NCBI GenBank assembly: GCA_041690595.1
Contig: JAWLHB010000004.1
Coordinates: 62,001-126,000, forward strand
Reading direction: 5' to 3'
DNA: 64,000 bases
Source: Lentisphaeria bacterium
GTDB lineage: Bacteria; Verrucomicrobiota; Lentisphaeria; JABSQK01; JAWLHB01
Shown: piece by piece, positions 28,851 to 40,449 of the stretch
Numbering within the stretch: the first letter of the stretch is position 1
Layout of the letters: each line of letters opens with the position of its first letter
The notes under the pieces: generated by a model
Databases searched by the model: none
Seen by the model: only the letters and a program-made list of their open reading frames with translations
Told to the model about the DNA's origin: nothing
Program-made: the position numbers and the translations under genes

Positions 28851-29846
28851 TCAGAAGTTCGGCGTGATACCGACACTCTTCAGGGCGTCCCGGCAGATGG
28901 CCGCGGGCAGCGGGTAGTAGCCGTCTTTGACAACATCCAACTGACCCTGCTTGCTGAAGATGTAACGGATGAACTCGCGACGCAGCGGGTCGAGTTCGGA
29001 GCCGGGCTTGTGGTTGACATAGAGGAACAGGAAGCGCGCCAGGGGATATTCGCCCGTATAGGCGTTCTCCGGGATCGCTGCTACCATGTCACCACCTTCC
29101 CGGGAGCTCAGGGGCACTGCCCGCACGTCGGCCGTCTTGTAGCCGATGCCGCTGTAACCGATGGCATACTTGTCGCTCGCCACACCCTGGACAACAGACG
29201 AGCTGCCAGGCTGCTCTTTGACGGAGTCCTTGTAGTCGCCCTTGAAGAGCGAGTTGTCCTTGAAGAACCCATAGGTGCCGGAGGCCGAGTTACGGCCATA
29301 CAGGCTGATCGGGCGGTTCGCCCAGTCGCCCGTCAGGCCCAGCTGGCCCCAGCGCGTGATGTCTTCGTTGTAGCCGCCCTTGCGGTTCTTGGAGTAGACC
29401 GCGTCGACCTGCTGCAGGCTCATCCCCTTGACGGGGTTGTCCTTGTGCACGTAGACGGCGAGCATGTCGATGGAGGTCGGCAGGGCGGTCGGCTTGTAGC
29501 CGTACTTCTTCTCGAACTCGTCGATCTCCTTGCCCTTCATTTCCCGGCTCATCGGGCCGAAGTGCGAGGTGCCGGCGATCAGCGCCACGGGGGCCGTCGT
29601 GGATCCTTTGCCCTCGATTTCGATCTGCACGTTGGGGTACATGGCCAGGAAGCCTTCCGCCCAGAGCGTCATCTCGTTGTTCATCGTGTCCGAACCGATG
29701 CTCTTCAGGCTGCCGGAGATGCCTTGGACGGGCTTGTAGTCCGGCAGCGCGGGATCGACCTGCACCTGGGCTTTTGCACCGGCCGCAAAGAGGCCGAGGA
29801 AGGCACAGGCGGTGAGGAGTGAGAGCGTGTTGAGTTTGATGTTCAT
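28851..29846 (-). CDS. pstS: Phosphate-binding protein PstS
   Basis: GSDTM, GPMSR, GRNSASGTYG, YPLARFL. Confidence 0.95.
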   Translation of the reverse strand: MNIKLNTLSLLTACAFLGLFAAGAKAQVQVDPALPDYKPVQGISGSLKSIGSDTMNNEMTLWAEGFLAMYPNVQIEIEGKGSTTAPVALIAGTSHFGPMSREMKGKEIDEFEKKYGYKPTALPTSIDMLAVYVHKDNPVKGMSLQQVDAVYSKNRKGGYNEDITRWGQLGLTGDWANRPISLYGRNSASGTYGFFKDNSLFKGDYKDSVKEQPGSSSVVQGVASDKYAIGYSGIGYKTADVRAVPLSSREGGDMVAAIPENAYTGEYPLARFLFLYVNHKPGSELDPLRREFIRYIFSKQGQLDVVKDGYYPLPAAICRDALKSVGITPNF

Positions 29847-30046
29847 GCAGGATTTCCTTTCTTGGTGTGGGTGTGTACCGTCGCGATGGGAGCGTTTAGA
29901 GGTTTATTGTTCTGGTGAGGTTGGTTTTGGTGTGCGATCTTACTATCCCTCCAGTAATCCATGCCGCGCAGGCCACTCGGATAAAGAAGCGTTGCCATTA
30001 TGTGAGCAAACGGTTAGGGTGGCTCGGGCGCACCGTAAACCTGCTA

Positions 30047-30075
30047 TTGACACTGGCCGCGATAGGCGCTATCCT
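30047..30075 (+). promoter_or_regulatory. Sigma70 promoter of perR-katG
   Basis: TTGACA-N17-TATCCT. Confidence 0.75.
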
Positions 30076-30096
30076 AATTAGGAACTAATCCTATTT
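30072..30096. promoter_or_regulatory. Putative PerR/Fur operator overlapping the -10 element
   Basis: Overlapping palindromes TCCTAATTAGGA and TAGGA-ACTAA-TCCTA in an AT-rich patch. Confidence 0.6.
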
Positions 30097-30115
30097 ACAA
30101 CTTAAAACGAGAGAG

Positions 30116-30577
30116 ATGACGATGGCAGTTTCGAAGGATGAAGCACAACAGCGTCTCAAGTCGTTTCTGGACATATGTCGGCGCCTCGGCCTGAAAGCTA
30201 CGCCGCAGCGCCTGCACATCTTCCGGGTGGTGGCGGAGACCGACGAGCACCCCGAGGCCGACGTCATCATCGCGAAAGTACGAGAGGTGATGCCGACGGT
30301 CTCCGCGGACACCGTCTATCGGACGCTGGCCTTCCTTGAAGATAACGGCCTGATCCAGAAGCTGAGTCGCCTGCATGGCTGCGCTCGATATGATGCGAAC
30401 CTGCGGAAGCACCACCACTTCGTCTGTGTGAAGTGCGGCGCGGCGTGGGATTTCTACTGCGAAAAATTGGACACTTTTGCAGTCCCGGACGAGGTCACGA
30501 ACCTCGGGACGGTAGAGTCGCTGCACGCTGAGCTGCATGGTATCTGCAAGGCGTGTCAGGCCGCGCTGGGCGAGTGA
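30116..30577 (+). CDS. perR: Fur-family peroxide regulator (PerR-like)
   Basis: [29 protein letters not shown]; upstream of katG. Confidence 0.85.
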   Translation: MTMAVSKDEAQQRLKSFLDICRRLGLKATPQRLHIFRVVAETDEHPEADVIIAKVREVMPTVSADTVYRTLAFLEDNGLIQKLSRLHGCARYDANLRKHHHFVCVKCGAAWDFYCEKLDTFAVPDEVTNLGTVESLHAELHGICKACQAALGE

Positions 30578-32845
<2,268 letters not shown>

Positions 32846-32873
32846 CGAAACGGGCCGCCCGCCGGAAGCAATC

Positions 32874-32908
32874 CAGTGGCCGGGAGAGTCCACCTCCCCC
32901 GGCCACTG
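32874..32908. terminator. Hairpin between convergent genes
   Basis: CAGTGGCCGGG...CCCGGCCACTG 11-bp stem, no U-tract. Confidence 0.55.
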
Positions 32909-32934
32909 TGTCCTGCTCCCAGCGGCAGTCACGA

Positions 32935-35850
32935 CTACGTGCGGGCCTCTCCGATGGCGGTGCGCCAGGCATCGGCGTGATAGCCGTGGTCGGCGGCGGT
33001 CAGGTTGAGGAGTTCCTGGTGGGCGCTGCGAGCCAGGAAGCCGCGGATGTCGTCCAGGTAACGCAAGAGGATGTTGTAGCCGTCTTTGGAACCGGAGCGC
33101 ACAAGGGCACGCCCGACGCATAGTTCCAGATAGGCGTACCGGTTGTCGCAGAGGCTCTGGTGGCCGTTACCCACCTGCCTGGGATCGCTGCCGCGGGGGA
33201 TGCTTCGGTTGGCGATGCCCGCTTTCCCCGCGAGAATGTGGAGCGCTTCACGGCAGTCGGGATGCGCGAGCTGCTCGGCGGTTCGGCAGATGCCGATGGC
33301 GTAGGCATACATGCGCTCGACGATGCCGTCATCCGGCTGCCATCGCTTGGCCAGGCGGGCCAGGCGATGAATGACGCGGGTGTCGCCCAGGCGGCCGAGA
33401 GCGTGCATGTAGTAAACCGCATCAGGGGCGAAGCCGTGGTCCGGCAGGTCGTGGGGGAGCTTCTGCAGCCGCGGCATGCCCGGAAGCTCATCGGCCGACA
33501 GCGCTTCGTCGATACCGGCGAGGAGCGTTTCGGCTCCGTGGGCGTCATGCAGCCAGGCCAAGGCGCGCGCCAGATCGAGCTTGGGCAGGCCGTTGGCATG
33601 GTCATGAGCTTCGATCAACAGCGGCAGGGCGGCGGCGGGGCGTGCGAGCAGGGCGCCCTGTTCGGCTAACGAGGCGTCGCCCGCGAGCCATCGGCCGATG
33701 CGAGTCTGCAACTCGCCGTCGCTCAGGGGCGGGAGTGAGCGATCCCGAGTATCCGCAATGGAGTCGAGGTCGTCCCGGGTAAGCAAGCCGCGCTCGGCCA
33801 GGGCGCGTTGCAGGGCCGACATGTCGGGCTGATCGAGGGGGATGCCGGAGAGTGCGGATTGTGCGGCCGCCAGACCGGCGGCGCCGCCCATGGCCATCAT
33901 GTCCGGTTGCATTCGGGCAAGGGAGAGGGCATCGTGCGAGACGCTGTAGGCTTTGCCCACCACGAGGACGTTGCCCAGCTCCGTCGGCAACAGGGCACGA
34001 TAGGGAATCTGGACGGTGTGATTCGTCAGTCGCTCCCATTCGACAAAGCCCAGGAAGGAAAGGTCGCTGTCGTCAATGCCCTTGATGTCGAAGTTCGCCT
34101 TGCAGACAAAGAAGAGATCTTCCCAACGGGTGCCGGCGAGAATATCGAGCACATCGATCCGGCAGGCGCCGCGGATGTGCCGGGTCTCGCGCGGCGTCAG
34201 GTAGACCTGGGGCATGTCCACCTCTGTGGAGACCTGAAAGCGGCGGCTGGCGACGATCGCTTGCGTCATATCGGCGGGATCGCGTATATCGACGCAGAAG
34301 GCGAAGTGGCGCGCCGCCTCGGGGTTGGTCCCCACATACTGGCCGAAGGAATACCAGAGGGTCATGGCGTCGCGTTGGGTGCCGAAATCCGTGGCTGTGC
34401 CAGCACGCGCGACAAGATCGGCGTCGCCAGTGGCATCGATGACGCGGGTGCCGCGAATGCCGGCCAGACCACGGTCGGTGACAACCAGCGCGCCGACGGC
34501 GGCTTGTCCCTCGACCAGCGTGCCAACGGCGGTGTGATGCAGCAGGGGGCGAGCACCGGCCTCGACCAGCCGCTTCAGCAGCCCGAGGGCCTTGGGTATT
34601 CCGGTGTCACGCACCAGCGCATTGGCGTAGCGGTTGAGCGCGAGCACGAAGTCGGTTTGGCGTCCAAACCAGAATTTGGAGACGCCGCCGATGGTGTGCG
34701 TGCCGCCCACATCGCCATACTTATCGGTGACGATGGTATCGGCGCCGGCTTCGGCCGCGCTGAGCGCGGCGGGCATGCCGCTGGTGCCCGCACCGACGAC
34801 CAGGACATCGCACGTGGCGATAACGGGGAGGTTGTCAATCCGCACGCGCAGTGGCGGGCCGGCAGTGGTGATCGGCGGGAGCTCGTGGCAGCACGCGACG
34901 ATGCCGTCCGGGACGGGCGCCTTGGCGAGGGGCTCGGGGACGGGACCGCGGGGCGGCAGGCTTAGACTATGGACCGCTTGTTCCGTCTCCGCCAACAGCG
35001 AGGCGCCCGTGAGGGGCGTGGCCAGCGCGCGCGAAATGGCGTTATCGACGTCGGCCGATGGACCACAGATGAGCAGATTGCCGGGGCATCGACCCCGCAC
35101 GCGCCAGCGCGGCTCGAGGAGCAGGCGGTCGCCGCCGCGGGCGATCCGCAGATCAGGGTGCTGCTGCTTCAGCTGTCCGATCCGCTCGATCGCCGCCAGC
35201 CGCACGTCGAGATCCGGCGACTCGGACGTGACCGGTGCCGTGATGGTCAGATACGGTCCATGGCTGGTGACATCGTCAACGTCGATTTGGCCAAAGCCTT
35301 CGCCGTAGAGGCAGTAGGTTGCGAGCCGCGGCTGATCTGGCGCAAGGCGCTCGGCAAGTTCGGCGCCGGCGAGGGCGGCGACGCGGGCAGAGGGTGTGCA
35401 GTCGACAACGACAGGCGCCCGAATGGCCACCAAGCCTCCCTTACACCCGAAAATCACGGCATGCACCCGATCGTTCTCCTGGATGACGTGGGCAGCCTCC
35501 AGATCGTACCAGATGCCGACTCCGGCGTCGAGCAGGCGGTCCTCCATCTCGATGGTGAGCCGCAGCGGATGGAGAAAATGAATGTCAGGGAGCGCGTAGC
35601 GCGTATCCGCGCAGGAGCGGGCCCACTCCGCGACATCGTCCGGCAGCTGTACCAGTGCCTTTTCCGTCGTCCAGGGGTGCAGCGTCATCGCGATGTCGAC
35701 GGGCAGCGATGTACCGTTGACTGCCAGAGCCACCTTGCGGCCTGCTTTAGCCAGCCGGATCGCCAGAAAGCAGCCATCGACGCTCCCGTCCACGATCAGG
35801 ACATCGGGATCGCAGACCAGCGAGACGGAAGTCTCAGGCATGCAAGGCAT
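32935..35850 (-). CDS. FAD-dependent oxidoreductase with duplicated FAD domain and helical C-terminus
   Basis: DVLIVDGSVDG...VVDCT and DVLVVGAGTSG...VIDATGDAD, RETRHI, IPYRALLP. Confidence 0.85.
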   Translation of the reverse strand: MPCMPETSVSLVCDPDVLIVDGSVDGCFLAIRLAKAGRKVALAVNGTSLPVDIAMTLHPWTTEKALVQLPDDVAEWARSCADTRYALPDIHFLHPLRLTIEMEDRLLDAGVGIWYDLEAAHVIQENDRVHAVIFGCKGGLVAIRAPVVVDCTPSARVAALAGAELAERLAPDQPRLATYCLYGEGFGQIDVDDVTSHGPYLTITAPVTSESPDLDVRLAAIERIGQLKQQHPDLRIARGGDRLLLEPRWRVRGRCPGNLLICGPSADVDNAISRALATPLTGASLLAETEQAVHSLSLPPRGPVPEPLAKAPVPDGIVACCHELPPITTAGPPLRVRIDNLPVIATCDVLVVGAGTSGMPAALSAAEAGADTIVTDKYGDVGGTHTIGGVSKFWFGRQTDFVLALNRYANALVRDTGIPKALGLLKRLVEAGARPLLHHTAVGTLVEGQAAVGALVVTDRGLAGIRGTRVIDATGDADLVARAGTATDFGTQRDAMTLWYSFGQYVGTNPEAARHFAFCVDIRDPADMTQAIVASRRFQVSTEVDMPQVYLTPRETRHIRGACRIDVLDILAGTRWEDLFFVCKANFDIKGIDDSDLSFLGFVEWERLTNHTVQIPYRALLPTELGNVLVVGKAYSVSHDALSLARMQPDMMAMGGAAGLAAAQSALSGIPLDQPDMSALQRALAERGLLTRDDLDSIADTRDRSLPPLSDGELQTRIGRWLAGDASLAEQGALLARPAAALPLLIEAHDHANGLPKLDLARALAWLHDAHGAETLLAGIDEALSADELPGMPRLQKLPHDLPDHGFAPDAVYYMHALGRLGDTRVIHRLARLAKRWQPDDGIVERMYAYAIGICRTAEQLAHPDCREALHILAGKAGIANRSIPRGSDPRQVGNGHQSLCDNRYAYLELCVGRALVRSGSKDGYNILLRYLDDIRGFLARSAHQELLNLTAADHGYHADAWRTAIGEART

Positions 35851-35908
35851 TGAGGGTCTCCATGGGTGCTGCCGATCGGCTTGTCGGCGCCAGCGATGGG
35901 CTGCCGTT

Positions 35909-37486
35909 TCAGCCTGCCATGGCCCCCAGCATCTGACCGGCGAGTAGCATGGCGAAGAGGATCATCACCCCCCAGATAAGGAGCTTGACAAGGATGTTGG
36001 CAATGAGCACCTGCGAGATCAGGCTGCCCGTGCCGGCGGAGCGGTCGGTGTACCAGAGGACGCCGAAGGTGACGCCGCTGGAGGCGAGGCCAACCATGAG
36101 GCTGCCCGGCCAGAGCGCCGTGAGCACCTGCGCCGAAGCGCCCGCCATCAGGCAATGGAGGAAGGAGGTCTCCGTGCCCACAAACGAACCGGCGAAGAAG
36201 AGAGCCAGAGTGGCCACGACCGCGGCAACCAGATAGATGGCCACCCGCATGGCGATCGCGAGGAGACCGAAGCCCGCCATCGTCTCCGCCAGCTCGGGAT
36301 CCTCGCCCATCTCGTCGAAGTCCGCCTCGAAACCGGTGTCGCCGAAGCCTTCACCGATGGGCCTGACCTTCTCGTCGGGTATTTCGGGTGGAGCTTCGGG
36401 CGTATTGATGAAGGGATCCTCGAAGGTGCCGGGCGCCGGAGGCGGCTCATCCTGCATGGGAGGCGGAACGGCAATGGCTGGTTCGGCGGGGAGCGGCGGC
36501 TGCTCCTCCGTGGCGGGGATATCGGGGGCGGCCTGTGGTTCGGTGGTCGCGGGTTCCGCCGCCTCGGCAGGGGGAACGTCGTCGGCCGGTGGCGCCGCCT
36601 CCGCCGGGGGTGGCTCGACGGCAGCCGGAGCGGGAGCCGTTTCGCCCAGAGCGGCACGCCGCCGCTCCTCGGCAACCTCGTCCAGCAGGCGCCATTCGCC
36701 GTCGATCTTGATGTAGCCGCTGTTGATGTAGACCTGGTTCTCGGCCCATTCCTGATGGTTGGCCTTGAGTTCAAGCCGCTTCCTGGCAAGGGCGGCATCG
36801 ATCAGGTCGACAATCGGGATCCAACGGTTGTCGTGCTTGCGATAGCCATGCTGCGCATAGATCCTGCCTTCCAGTTGGGCGCGCTTCTCGCGCCGCAGCC
36901 GTTCCGCCACATTCTCGTCCACCAGCATCTTGCGCTTGACGTAGACCTCCTGAGCGCGCTTGCTGTCGGCTTCGTCAAATCGAGCCCGCGATTCCGCGGC
37001 GAGATCGCCCTTGGAAATTCGCTGGCTGCTTACCTGAACGTAGTATTGATTGTTGGCGTAGAGCACCCCAGTGACGGTCTGGCCGCTGGCGAGGGTGACC
37101 GTCACCTCTTCACGCAGTTTGTATGGGGCGAAGAGCTTGGCGGCTTCGGCGCGGTAGGTGGCCTCCCGATTGGCCGGCAGCCGCTCCGCGATGGCCTTGT
37201 CGACCACCTCATCGATCTTCTGTTCGACATCGGCAATGCTCAATTCGGGAGCAGCCGGGGGATAAGCAATGCCGAGCTTCTGGCAGGCGGCGCGAACCAG
37301 CGGGGCCAGCTCCTCATCGACCTTCTCGGCGAGTTTGGCTTCCACCTGTGCAGTCAGGTCGGCCGCACTCTCCTGCCCCATGGCCGGCAGGATCAAACAG
37401 ACCAGCAAGAGAAGAATGGCGCGCCAGAGACCGGATCGGGTTGGCAAGGGAAATGGCATTTGCATCGGCTGAATACTCCGCGTCAT
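35909..37486 (-). CDS. Hypothetical exported/membrane protein with Pro/Ala/Glu linker and about 4 C-terminal TM helices
   Basis: Signal-like N-terminus, GYIKIDGEW motif, hydrophobic C-terminus; start uncertain. Confidence 0.7.
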   Translation of the reverse strand: MTRSIQPMQMPFPLPTRSGLWRAILLLLVCLILPAMGQESAADLTAQVEAKLAEKVDEELAPLVRAACQKLGIAYPPAAPELSIADVEQKIDEVVDKAIAERLPANREATYRAEAAKLFAPYKLREEVTVTLASGQTVTGVLYANNQYYVQVSSQRISKGDLAAESRARFDEADSKRAQEVYVKRKMLVDENVAERLRREKRAQLEGRIYAQHGYRKHDNRWIPIVDLIDAALARKRLELKANHQEWAENQVYINSGYIKIDGEWRLLDEVAEERRRAALGETAPAPAAVEPPPAEAAPPADDVPPAEAAEPATTEPQAAPDIPATEEQPPLPAEPAIAVPPPMQDEPPPAPGTFEDPFINTPEAPPEIPDEKVRPIGEGFGDTGFEADFDEMGEDPELAETMAGFGLLAIAMRVAIYLVAAVVATLALFFAGSFVGTETSFLHCLMAGASAQVLTALWPGSLMVGLASSGVTFGVLWYTDRSAGTGSLISQVLIANILVKLLIWGVMILFAMLLAGQMLGAMAG

Positions 37487-37637
37487 GGTATAAGATGGCT
37501 CGCCTTCACATGAGGTCAACCAGTGGCTCGCAGAATCGCTCAAACGTACTTGCTTCCGGAGCAAAATCTGCTACACTTGTGGCTTCACCGTTTCTTAACG
37601 TCGTTTTACACTATTCCCGCCATTGGAGGTCTTTACC

Positions 37638-38312
37638 ATGGGACTCCTGGACAAACTGATCGGCAAGACGCCGTTTGGCATCCTCGTCGCGCACACCCAA
37701 AAGGTCCATGCCTGCGTGGAGTTGATCCGCCCGTTGGCAGACGCTCTCCTGGCGGAAGACTATGCACGCATTGACGAGCTGCACCATGAAATGTCGCGTA
37801 CCGAGCATGAAGCGGATATCCTCAAGGACGAAATCCGGCAGCATCTCACGCAGCGGCACTTCTTTTCCGTGGGACAGGAAGACTTGCGCCGTTACCTGGC
37901 GCGGCAGGACGATGTCGCCGATGCGGCGGAAGATTTCGCGGTGGTGCTGCGCCTGCGCCAGACACGCCTGCATCCCGAGTTGAAGGAAGACTTTCTTGCC
38001 TTTGTGGACAAGGTCATCGAGTGCAGCGAACGGTTACTGGAGGCGGCGGAGGAGTTGAACCTGCTGGCAGAGACTGCCTTCACGGGGGCGGAGGCCAAGC
38101 GGGTGCTCGACATGCTGCAGGGGGTATCCGAACGCGAATTCGAGTCGGACAAGCTGCAGCGGCGTTTTGCGCGACACTATTACCAGATCGAGGATCAGCT
38201 CGATCCCGTCACGATCATGATGTACGAGAAATACTGCAACACGCTCGGAAAGGCCGCCAACAAGGCGGAGGGTACCGCCAAGTATCTGCGCAATATGATT
38301 GAAGCGCGCTGA
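37638..38312 (+). CDS. DUF47/TIGR00153 PhoU-like Pit accessory protein
   Basis: EHEADILK..IR, QDDVADAAED, EFESD; upstream of pit. Confidence 0.9.
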   Translation: MGLLDKLIGKTPFGILVAHTQKVHACVELIRPLADALLAEDYARIDELHHEMSRTEHEADILKDEIRQHLTQRHFFSVGQEDLRRYLARQDDVADAAEDFAVVLRLRQTRLHPELKEDFLAFVDKVIECSERLLEAAEELNLLAETAFTGAEAKRVLDMLQGVSEREFESDKLQRRFARHYYQIEDQLDPVTIMMYEKYCNTLGKAANKAEGTAKYLRNMIEAR

Positions 38313-38336
38313 GCATTTCATCTGGGGGAGAGTGAG

Positions 38337-39605
38337 ATGATTGGAGAGTTGTGGATCATCGGGGCCGCCGTCTGCCTGGGGCTGTACATGGCGTGGAACA
38401 TCGGTGCCAACGACGTTGCCAACAGCATGGCTGACGCGGTTGGTTCGGGGTCGATCTCCATTCGCAATGCGGTAATTCTCGCGGCTATCTGTGAATTCGC
38501 TGGAGCGGTTCTGGTTGGTGCCAGCGTAACCGAGACGGTGCGAAGTGGCATCGTGCCGCCAAACGCGACGCTGATGGAGAATCCCGAGTTAATGATTCTC
38601 GGCATGGCGAGCGCGCTGCTGGCGGCCGCGGTGTGGCTCAATATCTCCACCTACTTCGGCATGCCGGTATCGACGACGCATTCCATCGTCGGCGCGGTGG
38701 CCGGTTTCGGCATCGTTGCCTGCGGATGGGCAGCCGTCGACTGGGGCGTGATGGGCAAGATCGTGGCCAGCTGGTTCATTTCGCCAATCGCCGGTGCAGT
38801 CCTTGCCTTCATCTTCTTTCACATCATCCGCAAGCTGATCCTGAGTAAGGAAAAACCATCGGCGGCGGCGATCAAATGGTCGCCGGCCATCGTCTTCCTG
38901 ACCGTCGGCATGGTGGTCATCGCCACGATCTACAAAGGGCTGAACCACGTCCTGAAAGACAAGCTGCCCTTTCTTGGCGGCAGCACCGCCTGGATCCTGG
39001 CCGCCGCAATAGGCGCTCTCGCAGCGTGGTTCGCCTACTGGCTGCTCAAGCGGCGGCTCGGCAAACTGGCCGATGCACCGCTTCGCGAACAGATCATGGG
39101 TATCGAGCGGGTCTACGCGCCGCTGGTGGTGATCACCTCCTGCTCGGTCGCCTTCGCCCATGGCGCCAACGACGTCGCCAACAGTGTCGGCCCGCTGGCG
39201 GCAATCGTGGAGATTGCGCGCTCGGGCCATGTCGTGCAGAAGGTGGGCGTCCCATTCTGGATACTGGCGCTCGGCGGCGGCGGCATCGTGCTCGGGCTGG
39301 CCACCTACGGGTGGCAGGTGATGAAGACGGTCGGCACCAAGATCACCCAGATGACGCCAACGCGCGGAGTGGCCGCGGATCTGGCCGCAACGGCGACGGT
39401 GCTCGTCTGCAGCCGTCTCGGGCTGCCCGTCTCGACGACGCATACGCTCGTCGGCGCGATCATCGGCGTGGGGATGGCACGCGGTATCGGCGCGGTGGAC
39501 ATGCGGGTGACCCGCAACATCTTCGGTGCGTGGTTTATCACCGTTCCGGCGGCTGGCATCATGGCCATGATCATCTTCGTCATCGGACGCGCCATCCTCC
39601 TCTGA
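38337..39605 (+). CDS. pit: Inorganic phosphate transporter (PiT family)
   Basis: Twin GANDVAN and PVSTTH motifs. Confidence 0.95.
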   Translation: MIGELWIIGAAVCLGLYMAWNIGANDVANSMADAVGSGSISIRNAVILAAICEFAGAVLVGASVTETVRSGIVPPNATLMENPELMILGMASALLAAAVWLNISTYFGMPVSTTHSIVGAVAGFGIVACGWAAVDWGVMGKIVASWFISPIAGAVLAFIFFHIIRKLILSKEKPSAAAIKWSPAIVFLTVGMVVIATIYKGLNHVLKDKLPFLGGSTAWILAAAIGALAAWFAYWLLKRRLGKLADAPLREQIMGIERVYAPLVVITSCSVAFAHGANDVANSVGPLAAIVEIARSGHVVQKVGVPFWILALGGGGIVLGLATYGWQVMKTVGTKITQMTPTRGVAADLAATATVLVCSRLGLPVSTTHTLVGAIIGVGMARGIGAVDMRVTRNIFGAWFITVPAAGIMAMIIFVIGRAILL

Positions 39606-39615
39606 GAACCGGCGG

Positions 39616-40425
39616 TCATGCGGATTTGCGGCGCTTGGGCTTGTCTGCCTTGCTCTTCTCCAGGCTCTCCCTGAGGGCCTGCATGAGATTGATGACCGGC
39701 GGACCTTCTTCCTGATGCACCGTGGCGACGGCGGAGACGTCTTCACCTTCGGCCTTCGCTTCGATCAGCTCCTCGACTTTCTTGCGGTATGTGTCTTCGT
39801 ACTGCTCGGGGGCAAATGCTTCCGTGAGGGATTCGATGAGCTGTTTGGCCATCTTGATCTCCTTGTCCGTGAGCTTCACATCCCCCGGCAGATCCCCAAG
39901 ATCCTCGGCCTCCTGAACTTCGTCGGCATAGTTCATGATGTGCAGAACCATGACGCCATCCTTCGGGCGCAGGGTGACGAGGTGCTGGCGCTCTCGCATG
40001 ACAAACTGGCCGATGGCGACGCGGCCGCTCTCTCGCATGGCGCGCTCGAGCAGGGCATACGCCTTGGCCCCGCCCTTGCCGGGAACGATGTAATAGCAAC
40101 GATCCCAGTAGATGGGATCCACCTCCTGAATGTCGATGAAGGCCTCCAGATCGATGGTATCCCCTTTCTCCGGCTTGATCTGATCGAGTTCGTCCTGCTG
40201 GACGATGACGTACTGATCGGGGGCGATCTCGACGCCGCGGGCCGTCTCCCCGAAATCGTACTCCTTGCCGTTCTCCGGGCAATACAGCTTGCGGCGGAGC
40301 CGACAGTTACCCTCCGGGCTGAGCATGTGAAAGTTCACGCGTTGTTGCCGTACGGCCGTCATCAGCTTGACGGGAAAGGTGACCAGGCCAAAGCTGATGC
40401 TACCTGTCCAGATGGAATGTGCCAT
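39616..40425 (-). CDS. ku: NHEJ DNA end-binding protein Ku
   Basis: SIWTGSISFGLV..PVKL, VINLMQALRESL. Confidence 0.95.
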   Translation of the reverse strand: MAHSIWTGSISFGLVTFPVKLMTAVRQQRVNFHMLSPEGNCRLRRKLYCPENGKEYDFGETARGVEIAPDQYVIVQQDELDQIKPEKGDTIDLEAFIDIQEVDPIYWDRCYYIVPGKGGAKAYALLERAMRESGRVAIGQFVMRERQHLVTLRPKDGVMVLHIMNYADEVQEAEDLGDLPGDVKLTDKEIKMAKQLIESLTEAFAPEQYEDTYRKKVEELIEAKAEGEDVSAVATVHQEEGPPVINLMQALRESLEKSKADKPKRRKSA

Positions 40426-40449
40426 GATAGGATCTCCTGATGGTGAGAG

